Virus record (IMG/VR): IMGVR_UViG_3300032274_000545
Span: 1 to 46,663 of that record
Length of the DNA stretch: 46,663 nucleotides
Origin: a virus
Lineage: Duplodnaviria; Caudoviricetes
Reading direction: 5' to 3' (one strand)
The stretch's first letter is position 1; every line of letters starts with the position of its first letter. Positions 1 to 9,476 of the stretch are shown piece by piece. A model generated the notes under the pieces. That model saw only the letters and a list, made by a program, of their open reading frames with translations. It was not told where the DNA came from and did no database searches. A program made the position numbers and the translations under genes.

Positions 1-126
1 GAAAAGCTTTCCTGGGACAGTCACCCGCCGAACGCTTTCATCTGCATAGGTGACATTTACCAAGCTTTCACCCGGCGCGTCCTCTGCTGCATAATGCAGT
101 TTTTGCCATTTTTGCTTATTTATTTC
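1..126. repeat. Terminal direct repeat, left copy (circular assembly overlap)
   Basis: Bases 1-126 are identical to 46537-46662; an ORF reads through the junction. Confidence 0.95.
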
Positions 127-153
127 TTGAAAAAAATCCGTACTCATAAGGTT

Positions 154-678
154 TTATCTATTTACTATTTGCGATTTGAAAAATGATTCAATGAGCAGGT
201 TAAAGGACTGTTCGACGGCGTTCTCAATCAGCCGCCCCAATTCATCCTCTTTTTCGTTCAGTCCCTGCTCAATAAATCCCGTTCTTCTCCCTGTCTTTGA
301 AAATCGTTTGCTTTTCGCGCTTGGCATGCCTTGCCGTAAATGCGTCCTAGCTATTGCAAAGGCTATTTTTTCTGCTTCCTTTCGGTTTGCCCCAAAACGC
401 ATTTTTGCGTAGCGCGTAAGCCCTTGAATATACTTTGAAGACGCGGCGCCAGATCCGGGGCTAAACGGTATCCGCGCGGAGGGAATACCCTGATTGATAT
501 TAGACATATAATCTTGTATCAAAAAGTCTATCCGTGTGCCGGTCGCCGTGTGCCTTACCTGTTCCTCGATAGATCGCGCCGCCTTTCCTGTAAGTTCGTG
601 CCCTTGCCGCCGCCATTCGATTACAACGGCCAGCTTTGCCCCCTCAATAACTTGTTGCAATACCTGTGCATCGATCAT
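154..678 (-). CDS. Putative neck/tail-completion protein (HK97 gp10-like)
   Basis: Basic 174 aa protein with an IAFAIAR...G motif typical of this class; lies in the morphogenesis block. Confidence 0.5.
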   Translation of the reverse strand: MIDAQVLQQVIEGAKLAVVIEWRRQGHELTGKAARSIEEQVRHTATGTRIDFLIQDYMSNINQGIPSARIPFSPGSGAASSKYIQGLTRYAKMRFGANRKEAEKIAFAIARTHLRQGMPSAKSKRFSKTGRRTGFIEQGLNEKEDELGRLIENAVEQSFNLLIESFFKSQIVNR

Positions 679-791
679 TTCTTTTTCTTCTTAGGCATCG
701 GCAACGGCAAGTCATCCGCCATCTCAGGGTACGCCATTGCTTTAATGTTTTTCTTTACTTCCTTTTTAATTTTCTTTATCTTTTTCTTCAT
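675..791 (-). CDS. 38-aa lysine-rich protein (MKKKIKKIKKEVKKNIKAMAYPEMADDLPLPMPKKKKK)
   Basis: Read by hand; fills the gap, and its TGA overlaps the next ATG (ATGA). Confidence 0.55.
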   Translation of the reverse strand: MKKKIKKIKKEVKKNIKAMAYPEMADDLPLPMPKKKKK

Positions 792-1515
792 TCTGGTATA
801 TGTTTATGCCCATCCTGTATAGGCTAACGTTTTTAGTGTATTTCGGCCAGCTTTCGCGCAAAGATTGCTCTTTAGCCTCCTGGTAGTCTTTAGGGTTTTG
901 CGCCGGGTCGCCTATGTGGTTTGCTGTCATATCGGACAAATAGTAAGTTTTGAGCTTTGCGAATGCGCAACGGTCGCAATAATCTAAGTCAAGCGGCGCA
1001 TAATTGCCGTAAGACTCATTATAATAACCAATCTTCTCTACAGCCAGCCGCGTAATCAACCAATTGCCAATAACTTGACCATTGTCAATTTTTATTCCGC
1101 TTATCCCTTCGCGCTTATAGCGAGTTACACCAGTGTGACTTGGAGGAATAGCAACGACGGCAGTATTTTCTATCTTTTGCGCGGCCCCAACTCTATCCCT
1201 TAGCCAGTTTTCTGGCTCTAGTATGTCGTTAGCCATTGTCATAAAATAATCATAACCTTGCTTGTACGCCTGCCGGATCATCGCATTCAATGCCTTTGCT
1301 ATACCGACGTTATTATCTGAATATTCCGTAAACTTCACGCGGTCGCCGTATTTATCCAGCATGCCCGCCATTTCCCAAAGATCCTCCGTAGTACTGCCAT
1401 TATCCCACCAAAACAGATCGAACTCGCAACCCGCATTATTCAGGTTGTGTGCCCAGGTTTTGCGCGTCATCTCTACGCGCCCCATTGTTAACATTAGTAT
1501 AGCTACTTTTCCCAT
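766..1515 (-). CDS. Glycosyltransferase, GT-A/GT2-like
   Basis: WDNGST, NVGIAKALN, MANDI (DxD-like), IGYYNESY...DLDYCDR motifs. Confidence 0.85.
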   Translation of the reverse strand: MGKVAILMLTMGRVEMTRKTWAHNLNNAGCEFDLFWWDNGSTTEDLWEMAGMLDKYGDRVKFTEYSDNNVGIAKALNAMIRQAYKQGYDYFMTMANDILEPENWLRDRVGAAQKIENTAVVAIPPSHTGVTRYKREGISGIKIDNGQVIGNWLITRLAVEKIGYYNESYGNYAPLDLDYCDRCAFAKLKTYYLSDMTANHIGDPAQNPKDYQEAKEQSLRESWPKYTKNVSLYRMGINIYQNEEKDKEN

Positions 1516-2138
1516 CTTCCAGCCTGTTGCTTTAGCGATTTAATCGTTTTCCACCCTCCTATATTAGCGTTGTAATCTAAGTTCAAGTCATCTGCAATAC
1601 TTTGCATGACGCTACCGAAATCGTCGTTTAGGTCGCTGTATTTAATGTCTATCCAACTTATTTTGCGTTCAGTAAAGAGCCTGACCAAACAAATATCCTG
1701 AGCGGTGAAATAAAGCCCGTCATTGTATGCCGCGTTTCCTGTCGTCTTGCTATCTGTCGTTTCCTCTACAAACTTCCTGAGCGCCGCGTTATTCATTAGC
1801 CGCATATGGATAACGTTATGCCAATTTAACTTTATATGGCTCGCTATGCGTTCGCTTATCGGCCTAATCATCCAAATGTAGCGAGCGTTAGGGTAGACCT
1901 CATTTAAGGTCGGTAAGCAAAAAGCAAATTCAGGACATTTCGCAACCTGCCAGTCCTGATCAACCAAAAGCGCGTTTTTGATCACTTCCGGCTTATGTAC
2001 GTTTTTGTATATCGTTTCGGCTAAGTGATTTGGTTCGGTTCCTTTGTCGCCCCACAACATTAACCCCGCCGACTGTAAAAGCCGCGCCATTACGCTTGTT
2101 CCGGATCTTCCGCCTACTATGATTATTTTTTCAGCCAT
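1503..2138 (-). CDS. Sulfotransferase-family protein
   Basis: GGRSGTS 5'-PSB loop; KCP; YPNARYIWMIRP...IAS 3'-PB motif. Confidence 0.8.
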   Translation of the reverse strand: MAEKIIIVGGRSGTSVMARLLQSAGLMLWGDKGTEPNHLAETIYKNVHKPEVIKNALLVDQDWQVAKCPEFAFCLPTLNEVYPNARYIWMIRPISERIASHIKLNWHNVIHMRLMNNAALRKFVEETTDSKTTGNAAYNDGLYFTAQDICLVRLFTERKISWIDIKYSDLNDDFGSVMQSIADDLNLDYNANIGGWKTIKSLKQQAGRWEK

Positions 2139-2665
2139 TTCTTATTTTGTCCTATTTTTCGTGCAGGCACACCGCCCCAAGTTTCCGCCGGTTTCATTTG
2201 CGCGGCGCTTTTCTTTGTTACGAACGCGCCCGCGCCAATCATGCACTTTGCGGGTATCGCGGTTTGCTGATGTACGCCGGAATTAATTCCCATGTTAACG
2301 TCGTTTCCTATAGTGCATTCGCCACCGACTACCGCGCCCGGCGAAAGTGTAACGCGCTGACCTAATACCGCATCATGCCCCACGTGGGAATGTTTCATCA
2401 AAAAACAATCTTTTCCTATTTCAGTCACGCCCTCATGACCGGAATCGACCGTAACGTGACCGGTAAGCGTCGCGCCTGTTCTTATGATCACTTTGCCCGA
2501 CGGTTTTTTGTGCCACTCCTTTGATATTTCTGCCGTGCCGCCGATAATACAAAAGGCACCAATACTTACACCTGACTCGATCACAACGCCCGGATATATT
2601 ACCGCGCTATGATGGACGTAAACGCCCCGATCTATGTAATTTCGCTCTGCTTGGTGTGTAATCAT
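2123..2665 (-). CDS. Hexapeptide-repeat acyltransferase (LpxA/NeuD-like)
   Basis: Left-handed beta-helix repeats; FLMKHSHVGHD catalytic-His segment; WGGVPARKI. Start placed at ATG 2665, which overlaps the upstream stop. Confidence 0.85.
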   Translation of the reverse strand: MITHQAERNYIDRGVYVHHSAVIYPGVVIESGVSIGAFCIIGGTAEISKEWHKKPSGKVIIRTGATLTGHVTVDSGHEGVTEIGKDCFLMKHSHVGHDAVLGQRVTLSPGAVVGGECTIGNDVNMGINSGVHQQTAIPAKCMIGAGAFVTKKSAAQMKPAETWGGVPARKIGQNKKWLKK

Positions 2666-3234
2666 CCGTGAACATTTTCTATGTCCGAAGACGATGAAGG
2701 CGGCCAGGTCAATCCGGCGGCGGTTACGTCGTCTGGATAAGTTATTGAAAGATTCGTGCAAGTACTCCGCGTCGATAATTCAAAGTCAAAATAAACATAT
2801 ATAAGCCGTTGACTCCCGGCGCTATCCATTAACCCGCCATTCAGCGACGTATTATTCAATGCGACATGAGCCGGGCGCGTCAGGTTCTTGTTTGCGTTCT
2901 GAACTTCCCTGAACCACTGTAACCCGTACTCAAACAAAGTAGACCACTGCTCTACCTTAGTCGAATTGTTTAAACTGGTATCGTTTGAATAAGCTTGCAA
3001 GTCCATGAAATGAACCCGAAAAGAAAAGCTCGTTCCTAAATCATTTGGGTTAAGCTGAATATCGGGAGGCGTAACCAGTACGGCAGGGTAGAGCGTCCCG
3101 GTTTGTTGGCTTGCGTCGTAGTTGTTTGCCACGTTCCTATCCATATCGGACGGCCAGCCAAAATGATAGTTCACAAAGGACGGGTGAACGGTTGTAACCG
3201 TGTTGAATATGTTGGATATTTCGAGCAATGTCAT
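2662..3234 (-). CDS. Putative tail terminator/completion protein
   Basis: 190 aa with a YPAVLV motif and beta-rich pattern; structural context. Confidence 0.5.
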   Translation of the reverse strand: MTLLEISNIFNTVTTVHPSFVNYHFGWPSDMDRNVANNYDASQQTGTLYPAVLVTPPDIQLNPNDLGTSFSFRVHFMDLQAYSNDTSLNNSTKVEQWSTLFEYGLQWFREVQNANKNLTRPAHVALNNTSLNGGLMDSAGSQRLIYVYFDFELSTRSTCTNLSITYPDDVTAAGLTWPPSSSSDIENVHG

Positions 3235-3278
3235 TGCCTTATAATTTATGTTATGTTAAATAGGGGCTATTCGTGCCT

Positions 3279-3518
3279 TTATTGTTTTAAAATCATTACG
3301 GAATCCCAACACCTAAATTTTTTCCTGACTCCTTTGTATTTCGGATTATCATAACTATGATTTCTTATCACTTCTATTTCGATAAATTTATTTTTTATCC
3401 TTGTGACCTTGCCATGAACTACCTCCACGCTACTACTGCCAACCATATAAGCAACTGCAACCTCTTGCCCTACCTTTATTTCTTTTTCGTAAATATCTGT
3501 ATTCTTAAATTCCCTCAT
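3279..3518 (-). CDS. Small SH3/KOW-like hypothetical protein (AT-rich insertion)
   Basis: DIYEKEIKVGQEVAV...GKVTRI pattern; AT-rich relative to neighbours. Confidence 0.55.
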   Translation of the reverse strand: MREFKNTDIYEKEIKVGQEVAVAYMVGSSSVEVVHGKVTRIKNKFIEIEVIRNHSYDNPKYKGVRKKFRCWDSVMILKQ

Positions 3519-3793
3519 TTCTGTTTCATTAAATTGTTCTTAAATTCCGTCTCCGCCGCCTTTGCGCTCAAATAATGAAACGCATCATAAAGCGGCGCTT
3601 GTTCTGCGGACTCCATCGGCGTAAGTCCTCCCCTATTGAAGACGCCGGCCTCCGCAATATCTTTAAGTGTCAAATACCAACCGTACGCTTTTGTAAGGTT
3701 TTTGACGCCAGCCTTAACCGCGCGAGGTTCCGGCTTGCGGTATAAATTTGGAAATCTCTCCCTAATTTCGCGCTTCGACTCATCAAAAAAAAA
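3515..3793 (-). CDS. Tail assembly chaperone, -1 frameshift extension (GT-like)
   Basis: Open frame beginning at the T9 slippery run; YGWY...IAE motif. Confidence 0.7.
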   Translation of the reverse strand, partial: FFFDESKREIRERFPNLYRKPEPRAVKAGVKNLTKAYGWYLTLKDIAEAGVFNRGGLTPMESAEQAPLYDAFHYLSAKAAETEFKNNLMKQK

Positions 3794-4431
3794 GCAGTCC
3801 GCCAAACGAGTGACAATGGCAGGTCGTTGAATAATTTCCGATTCCGTTTGTACACGTTCTCGTTGTACTTCTCCCCTGGTTGTCTGAGCAGGACGGCGCA
3901 AACATCTATTAGGCTTCGCATATTGCCGCCCTTTATGTCCGCCATTGCCGCCTGATATTGCGCCGATTCTGCGAACTCAATAACACTAGCATTTTCCATC
4001 AGCCTATCGGGTATTTCCCATTTCTTGCCGTTCCATTCAAATGCTTTTTGGTATACATAAGAAGAAACAGGCGGCGGGGCTAAGGCTCCTATAATTACCT
4101 CATACATCGCCTCCAATTGCTTGACATTCATCCCCAGCCCTTGCCGCCCGTCTAAAATAGGAATAGAAACATTCGTAAAATGAGAAACCACGGCGCAGTA
4201 GTAAGGGAAAATCTGTTTTGAAAGCATTGTTTGAGTAATTTTACTACTCAATTCCTGCACTTTTTCTTTGTCCTGCGCATCAATAGCCGCGTCAATATCT
4301 TTAACGATTTGCGGCGCTCGCTTATCGTACAAATCCAGATGTCCGATAAACTCCCCAAACGTTACGTCCTGCGCCGTCGTCGGGTATTTGTACTTTGTTT
4401 TATCGCCCGGTATGGTAAATACTACGCTCAT
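3670..4431 (-). CDS. Tail assembly chaperone (G-like)
   Basis: DVTFGEF N-terminus; ends shortly after GCT TTT TTT TTG (AFFL). Confidence 0.7.
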   Translation of the reverse strand: MSVVFTIPGDKTKYKYPTTAQDVTFGEFIGHLDLYDKRAPQIVKDIDAAIDAQDKEKVQELSSKITQTMLSKQIFPYYCAVVSHFTNVSIPILDGRQGLGMNVKQLEAMYEVIIGALAPPPVSSYVYQKAFEWNGKKWEIPDRLMENASVIEFAESAQYQAAMADIKGGNMRSLIDVCAVLLRQPGEKYNENVYKRNRKLFNDLPLSLVWRTAFFLMSRSAKLGRDFQIYTASRNLARLRLASKTLQKRTVGI

Positions 4432-4763
4432 TTACTTGCTTTTCTTCTTCTCCGCGTCCGCGGCGGCTTTGCGTCTGAATTAGTTGCTAATACGTCGCCT
4501 TGTGGCGGTCGCGGTGCAATGACTTTCTTTTTCTTTGCCGCAGGCGTTGTAAGTTGCGGCGCTCCCTTCACTATGCTTTTTGGAATAGGTAAATTTTCAA
4601 CCGTTATCCCGTTGAGCTTCGCCACCCTACAGGCAAGCGCGTAAGTCTTATTGAGCTTTGCGCGCCCGTCAAATGGTTTCTTCTGGTATTCTATAGCGGC
4701 CTCTCTGGTAGCTTCGTAAAACGCCTGAGCAATGGCTTTTAAATCTTTTGAATTACTAATCAT
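4428..4763 (-). CDS. Hypothetical protein with basic C-terminus
   Basis: Tightly packed ORF after terminase. Confidence 0.65.
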   Translation of the reverse strand: MISNSKDLKAIAQAFYEATREAAIEYQKKPFDGRAKLNKTYALACRVAKLNGITVENLPIPKSIVKGAPQLTTPAAKKKKVIAPRPPQGDVLATNSDAKPPRTRRRRKASK

Positions 4764-4767
4764 GTCT

Positions 4768-6027
4768 CTAATTTGTGGCTAATACTGAACTTCTAATATA
4801 GAGCCGGTTAAATGCGTACCTCATCGCGTCCAGCGCGTGATTATAGTCATCAATCGGCGTTTCGCTTTTCTTATCGTTCCAGGCGTAGTTCCTCAACTCT
4901 CTTTTGACGCTGTAACTACGCTCTGTTACTATTATTTCAAATTCCTGGATAAGTCGTATATCTTCAATTATCTCCCGTTTTTTCGCATTCGTAATATTAT
5001 AGCCTTCCTGAGCTATCCCTGCTATCAAAGTCGGTTCTGCGCTATCAGCTACGATTAAGTCGTACGGTCGATCAATGCACCCCGCCAGGTGTATTACATT
5101 CTGAGCAGGAAGATACGACTTATACAAATACTCATCAATGAAAATGCGCCGCTTTTTTGAATCGACCGCCACCTTAACCAGCGCAAGCGGAGAAGTAAAG
5201 CCAAAATCTAAGCCGTAGCAATAGGCTAATGTTCGGTCAAATTCGCCTTCCTTCCAATTCTCAAATACTACACCTTCTTTCCGATCTCGCCAAACCCCTA
5301 AGAACCTATAAGCGTACTTTCCTATATACTTCTTCCCTGGTTCGTCTTTCGCCTTATCTTGAGCGCGAAGCAACCGAATACCAGCCTTGTATGAATCGCT
5401 AAGAAATTCAAGCGCATCCATAAAGGTGGTATGAACATGCGTTACCGCCGGATGAGTGCTAATGGGTATTTGATACCCGTCTATCATCGTCATCCGATGA
5501 CTATGCTCAATCCATCGCTTATAAACCCAATGTTCAGAATTTGACGGGTTCATAATGATTACAATGATATTGGGCGCGTCATTCCGTCTAATGCTTTCGT
5601 CAATCTTGTCAAAATCTTCCTCGCTTTCAAACTCCTCGCCTTCCTCTACGATGAGTACGTTTACCCTCGCAATACTTTTTAATTTTGCCGTTTGGTTTCC
5701 TGAGCCTGTTTTAACGCCCGAAAAAACGACGTCCGACTTGGTGCTCGTGTTTGTGACCCAGTTTTTTGTTACATGGAATCGCGCCCTTATCTTCAGCGCA
5801 TCTAGCTTTTCCTCAAACTCTGGTATAATAGATTTTTCGGCGCTGGTCATAGTGTATCTAGTGTACAGCACCCGCCAACCTTCGTATCTTCTTAATGCGT
5901 CTGCTACCCAGGTCGAAACAGAATGGGACTTTGAAGCCGCCCGCCCGCCAGTAATTAGAAAGTAGCGCGTCTTTGGTGTATTTTCAAAGATCGTTTGAAA
6001 CTTATAGTTTATTCTGATTTGTCCCAT
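4768..6027 (-). CDS. terL: Terminase large subunit (PBSX-like)
   Basis: Walker A GGRAASKS; Walker B LIVEEGEE; MNP; GLDFG; DSAEP; NHALDAMRY. Confidence 0.95.
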   Translation of the reverse strand: MGQIRINYKFQTIFENTPKTRYFLITGGRAASKSHSVSTWVADALRRYEGWRVLYTRYTMTSAEKSIIPEFEEKLDALKIRARFHVTKNWVTNTSTKSDVVFSGVKTGSGNQTAKLKSIARVNVLIVEEGEEFESEEDFDKIDESIRRNDAPNIIVIIMNPSNSEHWVYKRWIEHSHRMTMIDGYQIPISTHPAVTHVHTTFMDALEFLSDSYKAGIRLLRAQDKAKDEPGKKYIGKYAYRFLGVWRDRKEGVVFENWKEGEFDRTLAYCYGLDFGFTSPLALVKVAVDSKKRRIFIDEYLYKSYLPAQNVIHLAGCIDRPYDLIVADSAEPTLIAGIAQEGYNITNAKKREIIEDIRLIQEFEIIVTERSYSVKRELRNYAWNDKKSETPIDDYNHALDAMRYAFNRLYIRSSVLATN

Positions 6028-6296
6028 TCATCAAATTCAGATTGATCCGGTTTGTAAAACACAATTGGCGGCGGTTCAATCTTTTCGCCGTCGCTCGTAA
6101 CATCTAGTTGTTGCTTAGGCTTGCCGTACCTATACTCAAAAAATAATTTGATCGCCCAGGCGTCGCCGTTTTTCACCGCCTTGACAAGCTGACTAGTCGC
6201 CGCGCTATCGTAGGGCGAAAGTAAATCAATCAACTCCTGCTCTTCTGCTTTCTTTTTTCTCCCTGCTCCCCGCCTTTTTCCGCCATGTTTAGTCAT
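6009..6296 (-). CDS. terS: Terminase small subunit (putative)
   Basis: HGGKRRGAGRK N-terminus; GDAWAIKLFFEYRYGKP; directly upstream of terL. Confidence 0.75.
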   Translation of the reverse strand: MTKHGGKRRGAGRKKKAEEQELIDLLSPYDSAATSQLVKAVKNGDAWAIKLFFEYRYGKPKQQLDVTSDGEKIEPPPIVFYKPDQSEFDEWDKSE

Positions 6297-6320
6297 CTTG
6301 AAAAAACTTGATTAATCAAT

Positions 6321-7361
6321 TTATACTACTTTCTTTTCCAACTTCCGAACCTTCGCCCCCATCAATCCCGCTATTAATTTTAATCGCTTCTCATTCTCCT
6401 TTTCCACTGTAACGAATTCCCTGAGCCATTGCTGGCCTTCCCGTACCGTTTCCCCCTTATCTATCTCTTTACGTTCGATCTTATCTAGTAGCTCGTTTAA
6501 ATGCGCTTCATCCTCGTAATTGATAATCCCAGGCGCGACAAACTCAGGAAAGCCGGAAGGGGCAAGAACGCCCGCACCTGCTGTTATGGCTTCTATCGCG
6601 GAAATATTAGACTTCGACTGATTGAAAGAATCATCAACTAAGGGGTAAATAAACCAATCGGGCTTTTGGGCTTTAAATCCATCGAAGTAGGTGAATAGGC
6701 GGTTTTCCCATCCGGCTAATTCGTACCCATCCGGGAAGAAAGGTTTTAGCGCCCACTCATGCAGCCCGAAAAACTTAACGCGCCATTTGGGTGACTCAAT
6801 AAGCCGGTCAATCGACTCTTTTACAGTTGCAATATCTCCGAGGTGCGTCATAGATCCGCGCCAAAATAATTTAATCGGGTCGCCCTGTGGTTTGATCGGG
6901 GCAAAGCGAGTATGAAAATTATCATAAGCGTTTTTTAAAACGACCGTTTCTTTTTGTGCGTATTCGTCATATTTGGATTTCAAGTAAGGGGTTGAAACAG
7001 TAACTAGGTCTGCGAAGCTTATTATCTGCTCTACGCTCTTAATTATCTCTTCTCTGCCAAAATGCACTTTTGCGGGGTTATAATCTGACAATTCGCCTAA
7101 TAGGTCGTCATAGTCGCACCAAGTACGCTTCCCCATCTTCTTCACCTCCTGGATTATATCAAGCAACGCGGAGCCGTTAGGCCGGGAAAAGAAAACTATG
7201 TCTGAAGTAAAAAAGGTGTGCCAGTCCGCGTCAGAGGGTTTAGTGCAAACTATCTGAATATCGCCGCCTGTGATCTTGGAAAGGTAAAAAAGCGGCGCTA
7301 CTGACCTATAATAGTCTGTGGTTGGCGACGTTGGATTAGTTACTACACAAATTTTAATCAA
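6321..7361 (-). CDS. Glycosyltransferase, GT-B/GT4-like
   Basis: YYR..P; DYDD; ADLVTVSTPYL; WRGSMTH..D; PLVDDSFNQSKSN...E motifs. Confidence 0.85.
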   Translation of the reverse strand: MIKICVVTNPTSPTTDYYRSVAPLFYLSKITGGDIQIVCTKPSDADWHTFFTSDIVFFSRPNGSALLDIIQEVKKMGKRTWCDYDDLLGELSDYNPAKVHFGREEIIKSVEQIISFADLVTVSTPYLKSKYDEYAQKETVVLKNAYDNFHTRFAPIKPQGDPIKLFWRGSMTHLGDIATVKESIDRLIESPKWRVKFFGLHEWALKPFFPDGYELAGWENRLFTYFDGFKAQKPDWFIYPLVDDSFNQSKSNISAIEAITAGAGVLAPSGFPEFVAPGIINYEDEAHLNELLDKIERKEIDKGETVREGQQWLREFVTVEKENEKRLKLIAGLMGAKVRKLEKKVV

Positions 7362-7401
7362 AAGAAAAACCTATTTGCGGACGCAAAACGCGGAGATGCG
7401 A

Positions 7402-7432
7402 CAAAGGTAAGGAAAAAAGGGGTGCGGTGCAA
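7402..7432 (-). promoter_or_regulatory. Bacteroidota-type promoter for the GT/terminase late block
   Basis: TTG-N20-TACCTTTG on the minus strand. Confidence 0.7.
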
Positions 7433-7476
7433 GTGCGCGGGTTTTTAAGTGTCAAATTGACTTTTATTAAAGTTGA

Positions 7477-7692
7477 TTATAGTTTCACTAACACATCCCC
7501 TTTTATAACATGTTTACAAAATTCCTTTATATCAAATCCATTCTTTTTTATGTATCTTTTCATTCCGCGCCCACTGAAGGTTAGGGTGATACTTCCTTTA
7601 GAGTAATCCAATTGTTCGTACATTCCATCATAAAACTGATCTGATTCTGTTTCCATTGCTACATTCACCGCCTTAATAGTTAATTTACTCAT
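7477..7692 (-). CDS. Hypothetical protein
   Basis: ORF with A-rich leader. Confidence 0.6.
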   Translation of the reverse strand: MSKLTIKAVNVAMETESDQFYDGMYEQLDYSKGSITLTFSGRGMKRYIKKNGFDIKEFCKHVIKGDVLVKL

Positions 7693-7727
7693 TATTTTAT
7701 TGTTTTTGCGTCTCGCATAACGCGGGT

Positions 7728-8297
7728 TTATTGGTTAGCTTTTTGCCTCTCTTGTTTTTCTAATTCCTTTACCTCCTCCGTTAACAATTGTATCCTGGTT
7801 TTATTCTCTTGCGGTATCTTGTCTCTACAATCTTTGCAATACCAATTATTTTCATTATCCTGCGTGTAGTACGTTTTTTTGGAGCAAATGCAGCACTCCT
7901 CTGTAGGTTCAAAAACGTCTGTCTCAAACATGTTGCAATGTTTGCAAAAGCCCGCGCCGTTAGTGTATCCTCTTGTTTCAAATTCATGTTCTTCGCACTC
8001 CCTGACTTTTTCAAACTTGACCCAAGCTTGCGCTTCTGCCTCTTCTATTGTCTTGCCTTCGCCCCTTATAAATGTGTTAGGAGACTTAGGAAAGGCTTCA
8101 AAAAATGCCGTTGTGTATGCCTCTGGATTGCTGGCCGACTCAGCCAGCACTTTCAATGGTTCGTCGCTGGCAAATACTTTATCAAATGACTTAGCAGGCA
8201 ATACGATCCCTCTACCGCCGCATTGAACAAAACAATCTTCCGGCCAATCCTTTTTACATCCGTATGGTTCGCCAAAACTTTTACGTGCTAGTTTCAT
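7728..8297 (-). CDS. Hypothetical Cys-rich (Zn-binding) protein
   Basis: C..H, CKHC, CCIC, YCKDC motifs. Confidence 0.75.
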   Translation of the reverse strand: MKLARKSFGEPYGCKKDWPEDCFVQCGGRGIVLPAKSFDKVFASDEPLKVLAESASNPEAYTTAFFEAFPKSPNTFIRGEGKTIEEAEAQAWVKFEKVRECEEHEFETRGYTNGAGFCKHCNMFETDVFEPTEECCICSKKTYYTQDNENNWYCKDCRDKIPQENKTRIQLLTEEVKELEKQERQKANQ

Positions 8298-8388
8298 AAT
8301 TCGCGGGTTATTTGGTTATAAATAAGTTTTGATCTACTCCTCCGGCGCCCGTCTAAGGTTATTTGGATTGTTATCTTGCGGCGGTGGG

Positions 8389-8745
8389 TCATTGTTTGAC
8401 GTATGTTTTTGTTTCTCCTTTTGCTATTTTATACATAGCCTCCAATTGCCCCAATGTGAATTTTTCTAGGTTGTCGCCGATAACCCTTTGTATCTGCTGT
8501 TTTCTGTATTGCGTTTTTAGCTCGTCTGTTTCTACGCTGTAGCTAGTCAAGCTAAAAGCTCGTTCACCAATCCTGTGAACAAATCTGCCGGAATATTCGC
8601 GCCGAAACCTTACGTTATTGGCGCTTATCGCAAGGGTTTTAGTTGTCCTAACTATTTTTATCCGACTTTTGATTTCGCCGCCCCTTGCGCCGATGGCGTA
8701 AATTAGGTCTCCTGTGGTCAGGTATTTTTTCATTTCTTTACTCAT
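8389..8745 (-). CDS. Hypothetical protein (SH3-like beta barrel)
   Basis: LTTGDLIY...KIVRTTKT; start placed at ATG 8745, coupled to the upstream stop. Confidence 0.65.
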   Translation of the reverse strand: MSKEMKKYLTTGDLIYAIGARGGEIKSRIKIVRTTKTLAISANNVRFRREYSGRFVHRIGERAFSLTSYSVETDELKTQYRKQQIQRVIGDNLEKFTLGQLEAMYKIAKGETKTYVKQ

Positions 8746-8870
8746 AACATAGGTCTTTGTTCGTGATAACTCAACCACTCCCTTTCCTCACGGGTTTCGG
8801 GAGCGGGGATCTCGATAGGTTCAAAATCTAGCAAAGTTTCTAAATCGGCAATGAATTGAATGTACGCCAT
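8742..8870 (-). CDS. 42-aa acidic protein (MAYIQFIADLETLLDFEPIEIPAPETREEREWLSYHEQRPML)
   Basis: Read by hand; ATGA coupling to the next gene; similar to the C-terminus of 9183-9476. Confidence 0.5.
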   Translation of the reverse strand: MAYIQFIADLETLLDFEPIEIPAPETREEREWLSYHEQRPML

Positions 8871-9103
8871 TTTGCGAGCGCTCGCCAACCGTCTACCTCT
8901 GCAAGGTCGGCGGTTGCATTTAGATAATCATCCGCAGGCAAGCCTTTGCGGCGTTGCTCCCTGATTGACTCTATCGCATGCGTTATTAAATTATCTTCCA
9001 GGCTGATCTTTACGCGGTATTCTTTTATGATTTTGTTTATTCTTACCTGTATTTCAAGCGCACTCGTATCCAATGATAGTTCAATATTTAATTTCTTAGC
9101 CAT
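8840..9103 (-). CDS. Hypothetical protein
   Basis: ORF in minus-strand run. Confidence 0.6.
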   Translation of the reverse strand: MAKKLNIELSLDTSALEIQVRINKIIKEYRVKISLEDNLITHAIESIREQRRKGLPADDYLNATADLAEVDGWRALAKWRTFNSLPI

Positions 9104-9182
9104 TTGCTTCCTTTTGCTCCGCCTGAGCGGAAGGTTTAAAAATATCTCCCAGTCTGGATTTACCCGTATCGTCGCCGGGTCA

Positions 9183-9476
9183 TTACAAGTTGTTTTTCAT
9201 CCACTCCCAGTCTCGGAGGTCGCTGTTAAATTCTAACGTTTCGGGGTCGGGGAGTTCGACAGGTTCGGGTAGTTCGGTAGCATCACATATGTTCACCCGG
9301 TGTTCTCCGTAGCAATTCGAGTCACTAAGCATCTCGCCCGATTCGGGACTAAAGCCGTCTTCGTTCTTGTTTAGCCCTAGACGCTTAGATTCTTTATTGA
9401 TTTGCTCTTGCAATACGGTTAGGTGCAATTTTAACTCTCTGATTGTATCGCAATTTATTTTAATGTTCACTTTCAT
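9183..9476 (-). CDS. Hypothetical protein
   Basis: ATGA-coupled to the upstream gene. Confidence 0.65.
   Translation of the reverse strand: MKVNIKINCDTIRELKLHLTVLQEQINKESKRLGLNKNEDGFSPESGEMLSDSNCYGEHRVNICDATELPEPVELPDPETLEFNSDLRDWEWMKNNL

Noticed and set aside
2735-2750. ITYP in the putative tail terminator as a fourth tag copy
   Set aside because: Internal position, followed by DD rather than SGD-stop
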